In this document: positions 9,560 to 19,387 of the stretch, in pieces
How the letters are laid out: every line of letters starts with the position of its first letter
Numbering within the stretch: the stretch's first letter is position 1
NCBI GenBank assembly: GCA_002256185.1
Contig: NKIT01000001.1
Location: 16,207-80,206 of the forward strand
Reading direction: 5' to 3'
Origin: Rhodobacteraceae bacterium PARR1
Lineage (GTDB): Bacteria > Pseudomonadota > Alphaproteobacteria > Rhodobacterales > Rhodobacteraceae
DNA length: 64,000 bases
Notes under the pieces: generated by a model
What the model saw: only the letters and a program-made list of their open reading frames with translations
What the model was told of the DNA's origin: nothing
The model's database searches: none
Translations under genes and position numbers: made by a program

Positions 9560-10778
9560 TCTGCGCCCCCAGAACCCGTCGGTAAAGGGCTCCAATCTGA
9601 TCAGCTTGGGATTGCCAGTTGTATGTGCGTTCTGCTGCGCGCCGCCCATTCTGCCCCAACTCTCTTGCGAGACTGGAATCTGCCAAGACTCGGTTTAAGG
9701 ATGACGCCATGGTCGCTGCGGTTTCGTCTGCAAGAATAACGGCACATTCTGTTTCTCGCACGATGGCTGCCATAGCGGGGATATCGTGGCAGACGAACGG
9801 CCGACCAGCCATCATCGCTTCAAACAACTTATTCGGTAATGAGTTATAGGCTTCGGAAACATAGCGATTGGGGATGATCGTCATAGTCGCAGCCATCAGC
9901 ATCTTGGGAACATCATCCAAAGGGACAAATCCCCCGAGGTGCACGCGCGCTTTGGACTTGAGTGCAGAGATCTGCTCACTCAAGACTGCCTTCACTTGAT
10001 CATGGCCCGGCCCCATCAACACGACATGCGCCTCAAGCACCAAGTCGTCGATCACCGGGATCAGTTGGTCCAGCCCTCGATCCGGATTGAGCGACCCCAG
10101 ATAGAGCAGGACAGGAGCTGCTTGAGGAATGTCAAATGCACGGCGAAGCGCATCGGTTTCCTCCATCGCATGCAGTCTGGGGCAATTGAGCACGGGCACG
10201 ATGCTGGTCTCGTTGACGCCGCTGTCTGCTGCAACTCGTGCCGCAAACGATGGAGCTGCGGCGATCACACCATGCGCCGTCTGTGGTAAATGCCGTTCGA
10301 AAAAGGCGATCACCGGGCGAAGGCGTGCAAGGATTGATCCCTTGATCTGGATGTCTGACATGATGTCGTGGCAGTCAAACACGACCTTGCCGCGCCAGAC
10401 CCAAGCGGGCAGCCGTGCCAAGGCCAAGGCGTCAATGTCGTGGCAATGGTACAAGTCGGCCCTGACCCGAAACACCGCGATCATGATCTTTAGATAGGAC
10501 CAAATCGCCCAGATCACAGCAATCAATGTCGATAGCACTGGCAGGGAAACACCCCGTGCGCGCCCGGGCAAGTGGACGGGACGAAAGGCGAAGTCTGCAC
10601 CGCCAAACTCTGCGTCCAGATTATCGGCTTGCCCATAAAGGGCGTCCTCAGGGCGTGCGGTAGCAATCATCGTGACGCGATAGCCAAGGTCAAGGACGGA
10701 CCGGGCTTCTTTACGTACGCGGCGATCATGGATGAAATCCGTGGTCACAACCATGCAGACATGAATTTTGTCTTTCAT
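9552..10778 (-). CDS. GT4-family (GT-B) glycosyltransferase
   Basis: 408 aa. N-terminal KIHVCMVVTTDFIHDRRVRKEA, and C-terminal LPNKLFEAMMAGRPFVCHDIPAMAAIV retaining-GT motif. Confidence 0.8.
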   Translation of the reverse strand: MKDKIHVCMVVTTDFIHDRRVRKEARSVLDLGYRVTMIATARPEDALYGQADNLDAEFGGADFAFRPVHLPGRARGVSLPVLSTLIAVIWAIWSYLKIMIAVFRVRADLYHCHDIDALALARLPAWVWRGKVVFDCHDIMSDIQIKGSILARLRPVIAFFERHLPQTAHGVIAAAPSFAARVAADSGVNETSIVPVLNCPRLHAMEETDALRRAFDIPQAAPVLLYLGSLNPDRGLDQLIPVIDDLVLEAHVVLMGPGHDQVKAVLSEQISALKSKARVHLGGFVPLDDVPKMLMAATMTIIPNRYVSEAYNSLPNKLFEAMMAGRPFVCHDIPAMAAIVRETECAVILADETAATMASSLNRVLADSSLARELGQNGRRAAERTYNWQSQADQIGALYRRVLGAQSG

Positions 10779-10855
10779 GGATCAAACCCATCTTTCGCAA
10801 GCACATTGCACTCTAAATCTGAACATGACGACGCCAACGTGCTGCATCCACCAAT

Positions 10856-12133
10856 TCAATAATGTGACGCTTTGGACCAGACGCCGCGCGTGTCGACGAC
10901 GATGCCCCTGGGCAAGGCGGTCCCGCGGAATGCCGTGTGATCGACCAGCATCACATGGATATCAGCCGATGCAGCATCCGGTGCGATCAGAGTGGCTTTT
11001 TCCAACCCGCGAGGAAGCGTATCAATGTTTGGCTCAATGATCTTGATCGGCCCCGTATGCCGTGATGCGAGCAGTCTGGCAATTGCTAAGGCGGGACTCT
11101 CGCGCAAGTCGTCAATGTCGGGTTTGAAGGCAAGACCGTAGAGTGCGAGCACGACGTCGCTTGCCGTCTTGTCCGGCCTCGCTGTCAGATGAGACCCGAT
11201 TGCGGCAAGGACTTTCTCGATCACCCAAGTGGTCTTGCTGTCGTTGACCTCACGGGCCGTACGGATCAGTCTGGCCTGCTCTGGTGCGGACGAAACGATG
11301 AACCAAGGGTCAACAGCGATGCAATGTCCACCGACGCCGGGGCCGGGTTGAAGGATATTCACCCTCGGATGGCGGTTTGCCAGCGCAATGAGTTCCCAGA
11401 CATTGATGCCAAGACGGTCCGATACCAAGGATAATTCATTGGCAAAGGCGATGTTCACATCGCGAAAACTGTTCTCTGTCAGTTTCGCCATCTCTGCCAC
11501 TCGCGGACCGCTGGCGATCACGCACGCACCCGTGACGAAGGTCTTGTAAAGAGCGGCAGCGCGGGCAGAGCAGGCTGGTGTCATGCCACCAATCACTCTG
11601 TCATTGGTTATGAGTTCCTGCATCACTTTTCCGGGCAACACGCGTTCGGGGCAATGAGCAACGCGAATGTCAGACGCCTCGCCTGCGTGCTGAGGAAAGG
11701 TCAGGTCCGGCCGTTCTTCGGCCAGAATATCGGCCATCGCCTCGGTCGCGCCCAAAGGAGACGTACTTTCAAGGATCACAAGATTGCCCGGCCGCAAAAC
11801 CGGCGCAATAGACCGCGCTGCCGCCACGACGTAGCTGAGATCAGGGTCGTGGTTGTCACCCTTGAACGGCGTAGGTACTGCAATCAGGTAGGCATCTGCG
11901 GGCTCAGGTACGGTTGTCGCGCGCAGATATCCCTCGGTTACAACCGCGCGGACCAATATGTCCAAGTCCGGCTCAATGATATGCACCTCACCGCGATTGA
12001 TGGTGTCAACGACGGCCTTAAACACATCCACACCGACAACTTCGACCTTCCGAGAGGCAAACATCGCGGCGGTTGGCAACCCGATATAGCCAAGACCGAT
12101 GACGGAAATTCGTTCAAAAGGTTTTTTCGTCAT
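10856..12133 (-). CDS. wecC: UDP-N-acetyl-D-mannosamine dehydrogenase (UDP-glucose/GDP-mannose dehydrogenase family)
   Basis: ISVIGLGYIGLPTAAMFA N-terminal NAD motif, a catalytic-Cys region (GPGVGGHCIAVDP), and a position directly downstream of wecB. The ATG at 12133 is preferred over the TTG at 12151. Confidence 0.82.
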   Translation of the reverse strand: MTKKPFERISVIGLGYIGLPTAAMFASRKVEVVGVDVFKAVVDTINRGEVHIIEPDLDILVRAVVTEGYLRATTVPEPADAYLIAVPTPFKGDNHDPDLSYVVAAARSIAPVLRPGNLVILESTSPLGATEAMADILAEERPDLTFPQHAGEASDIRVAHCPERVLPGKVMQELITNDRVIGGMTPACSARAAALYKTFVTGACVIASGPRVAEMAKLTENSFRDVNIAFANELSLVSDRLGINVWELIALANRHPRVNILQPGPGVGGHCIAVDPWFIVSSAPEQARLIRTAREVNDSKTTWVIEKVLAAIGSHLTARPDKTASDVVLALYGLAFKPDIDDLRESPALAIARLLASRHTGPIKIIEPNIDTLPRGLEKATLIAPDAASADIHVMLVDHTAFRGTALPRGIVVDTRGVWSKASHY

Positions 12134-12138
12134 AACCC

Positions 12139-13272
12139 TTATACCCTGCAAATACCAAAAAAATTCAAGATCGCCTCACTGATCCGCTGAGAGGCAAATC
12201 CGTCGCCATAAGGGTTGTGTGCCCGCGACATCGCCTCATAGGCGACTTGATCGTCCAAAAGCAAAGTTGTTTCCCGAACGATAAGGTCAACATCCGTGCC
12301 CACCAGTTTAACCGTGCCCGCATCCACCGCCTCAGGTCGTTCTGTCGTGTCGCGCATCACCAGCACGGGCTTACCGATCGATGGCGCTTCTTCCTGAACG
12401 CCACCCGAGTCGGTCAGGATGATCTCTGCACGGCGCATCAGATGGATGAACGGTAAATAATCCTGCGGCGCGATCAGTTTCACGCGATCCAGTGCCCCAA
12501 GACTGGATTCGACCGGGCCTTTGACGTTCGGGTTCAGGTGAACTGGATAGATGATCTGAACATCTTCGCGCCTTGAAATGATTTCAAGCGCTGCACAAAT
12601 CCGTTCGAAGCCACCACCGAAGCTTTCCCGCCGATGCCCTGTCACTAAAATGAGGCGTTTGGACGGGTCGATCCCGAACTCTGCATCCATATCTGCACTG
12701 CGCTGCGGGTCGTTCTCCAACCGTTCCACAACGTCGAGGAGGGCGTCGATGACCGTATTCCCAGTGATCGAAATCCGCTCGGCGGGAACACCCTCAGCCC
12801 GAAGGTTCTGGGCCGCTTTTTCCGTGGGCGCAAAGTGCAATTGTGCGATGGCACCGGTGACTTTTCGATTTATCTCTTCGGGCCACGGCGAATAGATGTT
12901 GCCAGTCCGCAATCCGGCTTCGACATGGCCGACAGGGATCTGTCGATAATAGGCTGCCAAAGAGGCTGAAAGTGTCGTCGTCGTATCGCCATGCACCAAA
13001 AGCAAGTCCGGCGAGAAATCCTCGAGTACTGGCTTCAGCCCTGCAAGCACGGCGGAAGTAATCTCGGTAAGCCCCTGACCAGGTTTCATAACGTTCAGGT
13101 CGTAGTCAGGTTTGATTGCAAACAGGCGCATAACCTGATCCAACATCTCGCGGTGCTGACCAGTAACGGCCACCCGCACATCGAGGCCAGGCGTCTTCTT
13201 GAGGACTGCACTGACCGGAGCCATCTTGATGGCTTCCGGCCGCGTCCCAAACACCAACAACACCTTCTTCAT
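12139..13272 (-). CDS. wecB: UDP-N-acetylglucosamine 2-epimerase (non-hydrolysing)
   Basis: 377 aa. [35 protein letters not shown] and [28 protein letters not shown] are classic WecB/MnaA motifs. Confidence 0.93.
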   Translation of the reverse strand: MKKVLLVFGTRPEAIKMAPVSAVLKKTPGLDVRVAVTGQHREMLDQVMRLFAIKPDYDLNVMKPGQGLTEITSAVLAGLKPVLEDFSPDLLLVHGDTTTTLSASLAAYYRQIPVGHVEAGLRTGNIYSPWPEEINRKVTGAIAQLHFAPTEKAAQNLRAEGVPAERISITGNTVIDALLDVVERLENDPQRSADMDAEFGIDPSKRLILVTGHRRESFGGGFERICAALEIISRREDVQIIYPVHLNPNVKGPVESSLGALDRVKLIAPQDYLPFIHLMRRAEIILTDSGGVQEEAPSIGKPVLVMRDTTERPEAVDAGTVKLVGTDVDLIVRETTLLLDDQVAYEAMSRAHNPYGDGFASQRISEAILNFFGICRV

Positions 13273-13381
13273 AGAAACCTCAGTTTATCAAATCTATCAA
13301 CGCGGCGAGACTGAAAGCCCACACTGACGGAACGTCTTAAATCCCAGCTCAAAAAAAATCGCAAACATCCCACGCGAACAG

Positions 13382-13768
13382 TCACGACCGTTTTTTAGCC
13401 GTGGTTTCATGCAAACCGACGTGGATCGCTGCAATTTCCGCCTTGATGGCCTCGCAATCTTCCATCTTGCGGTCCAAAAACGCACGCGTCAGCCCCGCCT
13501 TGCGGACTAGACCACCGGGCGTCAGCAGGTAAGCGGAGAGACGCTTTTCCGCCGCAGCGGTAGAGAGTCCCAACTTCACCAACCATTTTTCGACCAAAGC
13601 GCTTAGCACGTAATTTATCCCGCCGACACTCATACCGACTGCCTCTGTCAACACATGCAGAGACATTTCCGAATCCTCTTTTGGTAGGCGAAGTACACGA
13701 AAATGCGTGCCTTCCTGACACTTCCTGCGCTTGCTGGTCACCTCTGAAGTCCCTAGCCTACCGAACAA
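13382..13768 (-). CDS. EPS-associated MarR-family transcriptional regulator
   Basis: 128 aa. HFRVLRL, GGINYVLSALVEKWLVK, YLLTPGGLVRKA and FLDRKMEDCEAIKAEI match the small winged-helix regulators found next to exopolysaccharide loci. Confidence 0.7.
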   Translation of the reverse strand: MFGRLGTSEVTSKRRKCQEGTHFRVLRLPKEDSEMSLHVLTEAVGMSVGGINYVLSALVEKWLVKLGLSTAAAEKRLSAYLLTPGGLVRKAGLTRAFLDRKMEDCEAIKAEIAAIHVGLHETTAKKRS

Positions 13769-13924
13769 AGATAGGCAAAAATCATCCCAATGTTAGTAGA
13801 AATGATAAAAAGTTTCCAGTCTTTTTCACTTTCGAACGGTAGCAAGTGCTGATTGCGGCAGCAAGAGGGCAAATGCAGGCTAAGCTTTGCTCTTTGTTGC
13901 CTGTGGCTGGAACAAAGGCCCCTT

Positions 13925-15877
13925 TCACACCGCCCAACCCGCCTTCAACCCCTCAAACACCGCCTCTTCCGCCGTGCGGGGGGCGAGGCAATCGCCCGCC
14001 ATCCTTACCGGAATGCCCATCGCGCTGATGACTTGGGACAACTCATCCCGTGGGGTATGCCCAAGGGCGAGGATGACGGTCTGCACACCCTCCACCTCAA
14101 CGGCCTCACCGCTGGCGGTGTGTTGCAGGAAGACGGTGTCGCCCGCCGTGCCGTAAAGCCGCATGTAGGGGCGGACGGTGATGCCTGCGCTGTGCATCTC
14201 TGCCGCCAGCGTGTCGCGGACGTAGAGGGGCAGGACCTCTCCGGCATGGGTGCCTGCGACGGCGAGGGTCACGCGGTGGCCGTCGCGTGCCAGACGCAAG
14301 GCCACGCCGGGGCCGATCCAGTCGCAGCGCCAATCGGCCACCACCACATGCGCGCCGGGTTTGACCTGACCTTGCAGCAGGTCCCATGCGGTGGCGATCT
14401 GCATCTCGCCATCCGTGGGCAGGTCCGGCACGCGGGGCACCGCGCCAGTGGCAAGGATCACGGCGTCAGGCTTTTCCTGTGCGATCAGGTCCGCCGTCAC
14501 CGTCACCTCGCGCCAGACCCGCACCTGCGCGCGTTCGAGTTCACGTGTCAGGTTGGTGACGATGCCGCCAAACTCTGCCCGCCCCGGCAGCAGTTGCGCC
14601 AAAAGCGCCTGCCCGCCCAACTGCGGGCTTGCGTCCCATAGCGTCACCTCATGCCCGCGTTTGGCGGCGGTGATGGCGGCTTTCATCCCGGCGGGACCGC
14701 CGCCGATGACCATTACGCGCTTTGTTTGAGGCGCAGGGGTGACAGAGCCATAAACCAGTTCCCGCCCGGTTTCCGGGTGTTGGATGCAAGAGACCGGCAA
14801 ACCCCGATGGAAATGCCCGATGCAGGCCTGATTGCAGCCGATGCAGGCGCGGATGTCATCCACCGCACCTGCCTGCGCTTTCAAGGCCATCTCTGGGTCG
14901 GCAATCATCGCGCGGGTCATGCCGCAGACATCGGCGCGACCGGCGGTCAGGATCGCCTCGGCCTCTTGCGGTTGATTGATGCGGCCTGCGACGAAGACGG
15001 GGAGTGATAGCGCCCGTTTGAATGTCCCGGCATCGGGCGCAACATAGCCGGGCGCAAATGCCATCGGCGGCGCAATATGCACCGCGCCCCCCACCGTGGC
15101 CGATGTGCCGGTGGTGAGGTGGAGGTAATCCATCAACGGCTCTATCGCGCGGCAGGCGGTCAGGGCCTCTGCCAGCGTCAGCCCGTCCTCATCGCGTTCC
15201 CCAGCACTCAGGCGCAGGCCGATGACGAAGTTTTCATCGGTGGCCAAGCGACAGGCGGTCAGCACCTCGGACAGGAACCTTTGACGGCGGGTGTCATCGC
15301 CGCCCCACCCATCGCTCCGCAGGTTGACACGCGGGTTCAGAAATTGCGCGGGCAGGTAGCCGTGGCTCGCCACCACCTCAATCCCGTCCAACCCCGCCTG
15401 CCACATCCGGCGGGCGGCGGCGGCGTAACCAGCGATGATCTCAAGGATCAACGCCTCAGGCAAAGCGCGGGGCATGACGTGGAAGCGTTCATTGGGCACG
15501 CTTGAGGGCGCATAGGCCACTGCCAGCAAACCATCGGCGCTTTCCATGATCTCGCGCCCCGGATGGAAAAGCTGGGAGAACACGGCGCAACCCTCGGCAT
15601 GGATCGCCTCGGCAAGCGCGCGATAGCCCGGAATGCAGCCATCATCGGTGGCCATCAAGAGATGCGAGGTGTAGCGCGCGGTGTCATGCACCCCCGCCAC
15701 CTGCGTGACGATCAGCCCGGCCCCGCCCTTTGCCCGCGCGCGGTGATATTCGATCAGCGCCGCGTTCACCGTGCCATCGGTGGGCAATACGGTGTCGTGC
15801 CCGGTGGACATGATCCGGTTGCGCAGGGTCACACCCCGGATGGTCAGCGGCGAGAAAAGCTTGGGGAACATCGTCAT
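13925..15877 (-). CDS. FadH-like NADH:flavin oxidoreductase (OYE-type N-domain, 4Fe-4S motif, FAD/NAD(P) C-domain; 2,4-dienoyl-CoA reductase family)
   Basis: MTMFPKLFSPLTIRGVTLRNRIMSTGH start. CIGCNQACIGH cluster motif. VMVIGGGPAGMKAA dinucleotide motif. The ORF extension to 15991 runs through the ahcY terminator, so the ATG at 15877 is preferred. Confidence 0.82.
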   Translation of the reverse strand: MTMFPKLFSPLTIRGVTLRNRIMSTGHDTVLPTDGTVNAALIEYHRARAKGGAGLIVTQVAGVHDTARYTSHLLMATDDGCIPGYRALAEAIHAEGCAVFSQLFHPGREIMESADGLLAVAYAPSSVPNERFHVMPRALPEALILEIIAGYAAAARRMWQAGLDGIEVVASHGYLPAQFLNPRVNLRSDGWGGDDTRRQRFLSEVLTACRLATDENFVIGLRLSAGERDEDGLTLAEALTACRAIEPLMDYLHLTTGTSATVGGAVHIAPPMAFAPGYVAPDAGTFKRALSLPVFVAGRINQPQEAEAILTAGRADVCGMTRAMIADPEMALKAQAGAVDDIRACIGCNQACIGHFHRGLPVSCIQHPETGRELVYGSVTPAPQTKRVMVIGGGPAGMKAAITAAKRGHEVTLWDASPQLGGQALLAQLLPGRAEFGGIVTNLTRELERAQVRVWREVTVTADLIAQEKPDAVILATGAVPRVPDLPTDGEMQIATAWDLLQGQVKPGAHVVVADWRCDWIGPGVALRLARDGHRVTLAVAGTHAGEVLPLYVRDTLAAEMHSAGITVRPYMRLYGTAGDTVFLQHTASGEAVEVEGVQTVILALGHTPRDELSQVISAMGIPVRMAGDCLAPRTAEEAVFEGLKAGWAV

Positions 15878-15950
15878 GGTCGTCCTTCGGGCAGCGGAAT
15901 CGGGGATCCCTGCCGCGACGATTGCCCATAACCCCAGCAAGATGAAGCGC

Positions 15951-15981
15951 AAAGCAAAAGGCCCGGTCTTTCGACCGGGCC
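15951..15981 (-). terminator. Rho-independent terminator of ahcY
   Basis: Perfect 9-bp stem ggcccggtc/gaccgggcc (15960-15968 / 15973-15981) with loop tttc. On the minus strand it is followed by UUUUGCUUU (15951-15959). It lies 24 nt after the ahcY stop. Confidence 0.8.
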
Positions 15982-16004
15982 TTTGAACCATCCCGCGACC
16001 GGGA

Positions 16005-17405
16005 TCAGTAGCGATAATGTTCCGACTTGAACGGACCTTCGACCTTGACGCCGATGTAATCGGCTTGGTCGCGGCGCAGTTCGGTCAGTTTCACGCCGAT
16101 CTTTTTCAGATGCAGGCGGGCCACTTTCTCATCCAGCGACTTCGGCAGGATATAAACACCGGGAGCGTATTCCGCGCCCTTGGTCCACAACTCGATCTGC
16201 GCCAGCACCTGGTTGGTGAACGAGGCCGACATCACGAAAGACGGGTGCCCCGTGGCGTTGCCAAGGTTCAACAGGCGGCCTTCGGACAGCAGGATGATGC
16301 GATTGCCATTCGGCATCTCGATCATGTCCACCTGTTCCTTGATGTTGGTCCACTTGTGGTTCTTCAGCGCAGCAACTTGGATTTCGTTATCGAAGTGGCC
16401 GATGTTGCCGACGATGGCCATATCCTTCATCTCGCGCACATGCTCGATGCGGATGACGTCCTTGTTGCCGGTGGTGGTGATGAAGATGTCGGCAGAGGAA
16501 ACCACGTCCTCCAGCAGCACTACCTCAAACCCGTCCATCGCGGCTTGCAGCGCGCAGATCGGGTCCACTTCAGTCACTTTGACGCGGGCACCCGCGCCTT
16601 GGAGCGAGGCGGCAGAGCCTTTGCCCACGTCGCCATAACCGCAAACCACGGCAACCTTGCCCGCCATCATGGTGTCGGTGGCGCGGCGGATGCCGTCAAC
16701 CAGCGATTCCTTGCAGCCGTATTTGTTGTCAAACTTCGACTTGGTGACGGAATCATTCACGTTGATCGCCGGGAAGGGCAGTTGGCCCTTCTTGTGCAAC
16801 TCATACAGGCGATGCACGCCCGTCGTGGTTTCTTCCGACACGCCCTTGATTGCAGCGCGCTGCTTGGTGAACCAACCGGGGCTGGCGGCCAGACGCTTCT
16901 TGATCTGGTTGAACAGGCACACTTCTTCGTCCGAGGTCGGAACGGCGATCAGGTCGGTCTCACCCGCCTCAACCCGCGCGCCCATCAGGATGTAAAGCGT
17001 GGCATCCCCGCCATCATCGAGGATCATGTTGCAGGTGCCGCCTTCGCCGCCGAACTGGAAGATCTTGTCGGTATAATCCCAATATTCCTCAAGGGTTTCG
17101 CCCTTGATCGCGAACACCGGCGTGCCCGATGCCGCAATCGCCGCCGCCGCGTGATCCTGCGTCGAGAAGATGTTGCACGAGGCCCAGCGGACATCCGCGC
17201 CCAAGGCGACCAGCGTCTCGATCAGCACGCCGGTTTGAATGGTCATGTGCAGCGAGCCGGAAATCCGCGCGCCCTTCAGCGGTTTCGAGGCACCAAACTC
17301 TTCGCGGCAGGCCATCAGACCCGGCATCTCAGTCTCGGCGATGGTCAGTTCCTTGCGGCCAAATTCCGCAAGCGCGATGTCTTTCACAATGTAATCATTC
17401 GGCAT
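16005..17405 (-). CDS. ahcY: Adenosylhomocysteinase (S-adenosyl-L-homocysteine hydrolase)
   Basis: 466 aa. [35 protein letters not shown] motif [10 protein letters not shown] and C-terminal FKSEHYRY are unmistakable AhcY features. Confidence 0.97.
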   Translation of the reverse strand: MPNDYIVKDIALAEFGRKELTIAETEMPGLMACREEFGASKPLKGARISGSLHMTIQTGVLIETLVALGADVRWASCNIFSTQDHAAAAIAASGTPVFAIKGETLEEYWDYTDKIFQFGGEGGTCNMILDDGGDATLYILMGARVEAGETDLIAVPTSDEEVCLFNQIKKRLAASPGWFTKQRAAIKGVSEETTTGVHRLYELHKKGQLPFPAINVNDSVTKSKFDNKYGCKESLVDGIRRATDTMMAGKVAVVCGYGDVGKGSAASLQGAGARVKVTEVDPICALQAAMDGFEVVLLEDVVSSADIFITTTGNKDVIRIEHVREMKDMAIVGNIGHFDNEIQVAALKNHKWTNIKEQVDMIEMPNGNRIILLSEGRLLNLGNATGHPSFVMSASFTNQVLAQIELWTKGAEYAPGVYILPKSLDEKVARLHLKKIGVKLTELRRDQADYIGVKVEGPFKSEHYRY

Positions 17406-17833
17406 GTGCCGCTACTCCGTTATGTCTACTTTGGCTGAGCGAATATCACTGCAAGGTCAGTCCGGCAATCTGATTTGCCGAAGCATAATCCCCGATATGA
17501 GTGGTCAGTGAAAACGGCTCCAGTCGGTGGCGTCAAGTGGGGATGTCCGACCGCGACATTGCGATGCAGGACAGCCTCAAAGGCCGACCCAAGGGTGGAC
17601 GGACCAAATCGTGCCGGGGGCATGGGGCAGAGGCGCACAACCTCACCTCTGCAAGATCAAGCCTGCCGCCCTTTCCCACAACATCCTTTCGGCGTGATGG
17701 ATCCCATGCCGCCGTGTGCCACAAGAAAGATTGCCCGGTCGTCGCGCACGCGACTCAATGACACGGGCCCGCGCGCATGCACCAGACCGCAACGGCCCTG
17801 TCGCCCCTTCGCTTCTGACGTCAGGCTGTGACA

Positions 17834-17866
17834 GGCGGTTCATCTCATCTGCACCGATGAACCGCC
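17834..17866. other. Perfect 11-bp stem / 11-nt loop hairpin inside a 730-bp non-coding spacer; function unknown
   Basis: ggcggttcatc (17834-17844) pairs with gatgaaccgcc (17856-17866). There is no flanking U-tract on either strand. Confidence 0.6.
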
Positions 17867-18139
17867 CGCACTTCGCCTGCGCTGCGCCTTTCAGTCAGCC
17901 ACACGCATTCGGTGATCGGTTTTCTGGACTGGCCCCAAACGCACCGCGCCAGATGGAAACCGAGGAACGGTGCCATCCCCACCTGATGTCTTGTCATCGT
18001 CCGTCCAGTTGCCCACACTCTGACAAACATCCGATGCCGCGCGTGGCGATACACGCTTGATCTGCTGGGCTCGACGGGTGATCTTGCCCCCCGACGACGG
18101 GCCACTTGGGGAGGGTCAGTTTGCATCGAGAGAAGAGAT

Positions 18140-19387
18140 ATGAGTGTACGCATCGCAGTCTTGCTCGGGGTTAAGGTTGCGATTTGCCTTGCTTATCTGA
18201 GTAACGTTGTTTCAATAGCAGGTATTGCACCACTTTTCGTATTTGCGCCTTTTTTGCTAGCGCTGGCTGTCATTCAGTTGATTGTGGATCCACCTACTGG
18301 TGCGGTGCCAGCGACTTCTCAATTCATTAAACTTGTTTTGCTGGGCATGATTCTTTCGGCTTTGCTGACACCGGTTTTCTTTGGACTTGATGGCAACCGC
18401 CCTCGCGCAGTTCTCTTTGCAACTTTGTTGTTTTCGATCGTTCTTATCCTCGGACGGACCGTTCAGACCCTTGACGATATGCGTGGCATGCTGAACTTGA
18501 TCCGCCGGATGACCATAGTTCTTGTGGCAATCGGGACAGTCGAAATTTTCACGGGATGGCACCTGCCAAACTCACGCCACTTTGATTTGACGTTCTTTTA
18601 CACAAGTCCGTACATCCCGACAGGAACAGTTTACAATGAAAACCAGTTTGCATCGCTCGTTTTGTTGGGCATTCCATTGTTCTTATCCTCCGTTTTTGGA
18701 ACAGGCAGCGTTTTTAACCGCTTAGCGTATGTTTTTGTACTTCTGGTCTCAATCTTTACAATCACCCAGACAGATAGCCGTTTGAATTTGATTGGTTTGA
18801 TGCTGGTTGTGACGTCATTTCTTGCGCTGTCAGGTTTCAAACGCTCGGCTGGTGGGTTGGTCCTTGCGATATTCTTGGTGTTCCTGTTAATCGCACTCCA
18901 ACCCGAATTGGTCACGTCAGTTTTCGACGAAATATCAAGCCAGCTCAGCACATTGTCGCTGGACACATTCGTGAAAACCGATGACAAAGAGGTGGTGCGT
19001 CTCAACCTTTTGATTATGGCCCTTGACGTGATTGCCGAATACCCAATCTTTGGATATGGCGCAGGCGGCGCAGAGGTGTATTGCGAAGCCGGAAACTACT
19101 TTACCTACGGCGTCTGTGCCCCACACAATTGGCCGCTGGAATTGGCTAGCAGCTTTGGGTTGCCGCTGGCTATACTCCATATCTGTTCCGTCATCGGACT
19201 GTTTGTTGCCTTGCTTCGCATCAAGGCCGACCCGCAGCTCCGTGCCACGATGGTCGCCTTGTTTTCCACGACAGTCACTGCAAACTTTACAGCAAGTTCG
19301 ATCCTTCTGCTTACGCCCGTTTGGGTCGTGTTCGGGCTTCTCGTGGCATATGTGAACTTTATGTATCGAACCGAAGGTAAGTCATAA
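18140..19387 (+). CDS. O-antigen ligase / Wzy_C-family polytopic membrane protein (polymerase, ligase or O-oligosaccharyltransferase; cannot be resolved from sequence)
   Basis: 415 aa with at least 10 hydrophobic helices. It has a more polar loop after the ALDVIAEYPIFGYGAGGAEVY region, as in Wzy_C proteins. AT-rich relative to neighbours. Confidence 0.7.
   Translation: MSVRIAVLLGVKVAICLAYLSNVVSIAGIAPLFVFAPFLLALAVIQLIVDPPTGAVPATSQFIKLVLLGMILSALLTPVFFGLDGNRPRAVLFATLLFSIVLILGRTVQTLDDMRGMLNLIRRMTIVLVAIGTVEIFTGWHLPNSRHFDLTFFYTSPYIPTGTVYNENQFASLVLLGIPLFLSSVFGTGSVFNRLAYVFVLLVSIFTITQTDSRLNLIGLMLVVTSFLALSGFKRSAGGLVLAIFLVFLLIALQPELVTSVFDEISSQLSTLSLDTFVKTDDKEVVRLNLLIMALDVIAEYPIFGYGAGGAEVYCEAGNYFTYGVCAPHNWPLELASSFGLPLAILHICSVIGLFVALLRIKADPQLRATMVALFSTTVTANFTASSILLLTPVWVVFGLLVAYVNFMYRTEGKS

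Noticed and set aside
8357-9649. A 98-nt overlap between the two GT4 ORFs, which might suggest a frameshifted or fused glycosyltransferase.
   Set aside because: The overlap disappears if the downstream GT starts at GTG 9559. That start gives a typical ...HILVLPTWYP... N-terminus. Both ORFs are full length with intact motifs, so there is no evidence of a pseudogene.
15878-15991. N-terminal ORF extensions in the ORF track. Examples: FadH-like to 15991, manB to 22725, potB-like to 27026, SBP to 29334, rhaD to 32993, rhaK from 38685, GntR to 41122, soeA to 55189 and ureohydrolase to 62660.
   Set aside because: The extensions overlap upstream genes or pass through terminator hairpins (15951-15981 and 62641-62671). 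They also lack family motifs. Internal ATG/GTG starts with an RBS-like purine run and canonical N-termini were preferred.
16017-17438. A 473-aa ORF on the plus strand covering the whole ahcY region.
   Set aside because: It is exactly antisense to an unmistakable adenosylhomocysteinase. Its translation is R/G/A/H/D-rich with no recognisable motif. This is a typical shadow ORF of a high-GC gene.
17406-17560. A possible SAH riboswitch or other riboswitch in the ahcY leader.
   Set aside because: I read the minus-strand leader looking for the conserved SAH-riboswitch elements as I remember them (GAGGAGCGCUGC ... AGGCUCGG ... GGCGCUC). They are absent. Only a weak 6-bp hairpin (cggcaa/ttgccg) is present. 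A covariance-model scan would be needed to exclude other RNA classes.
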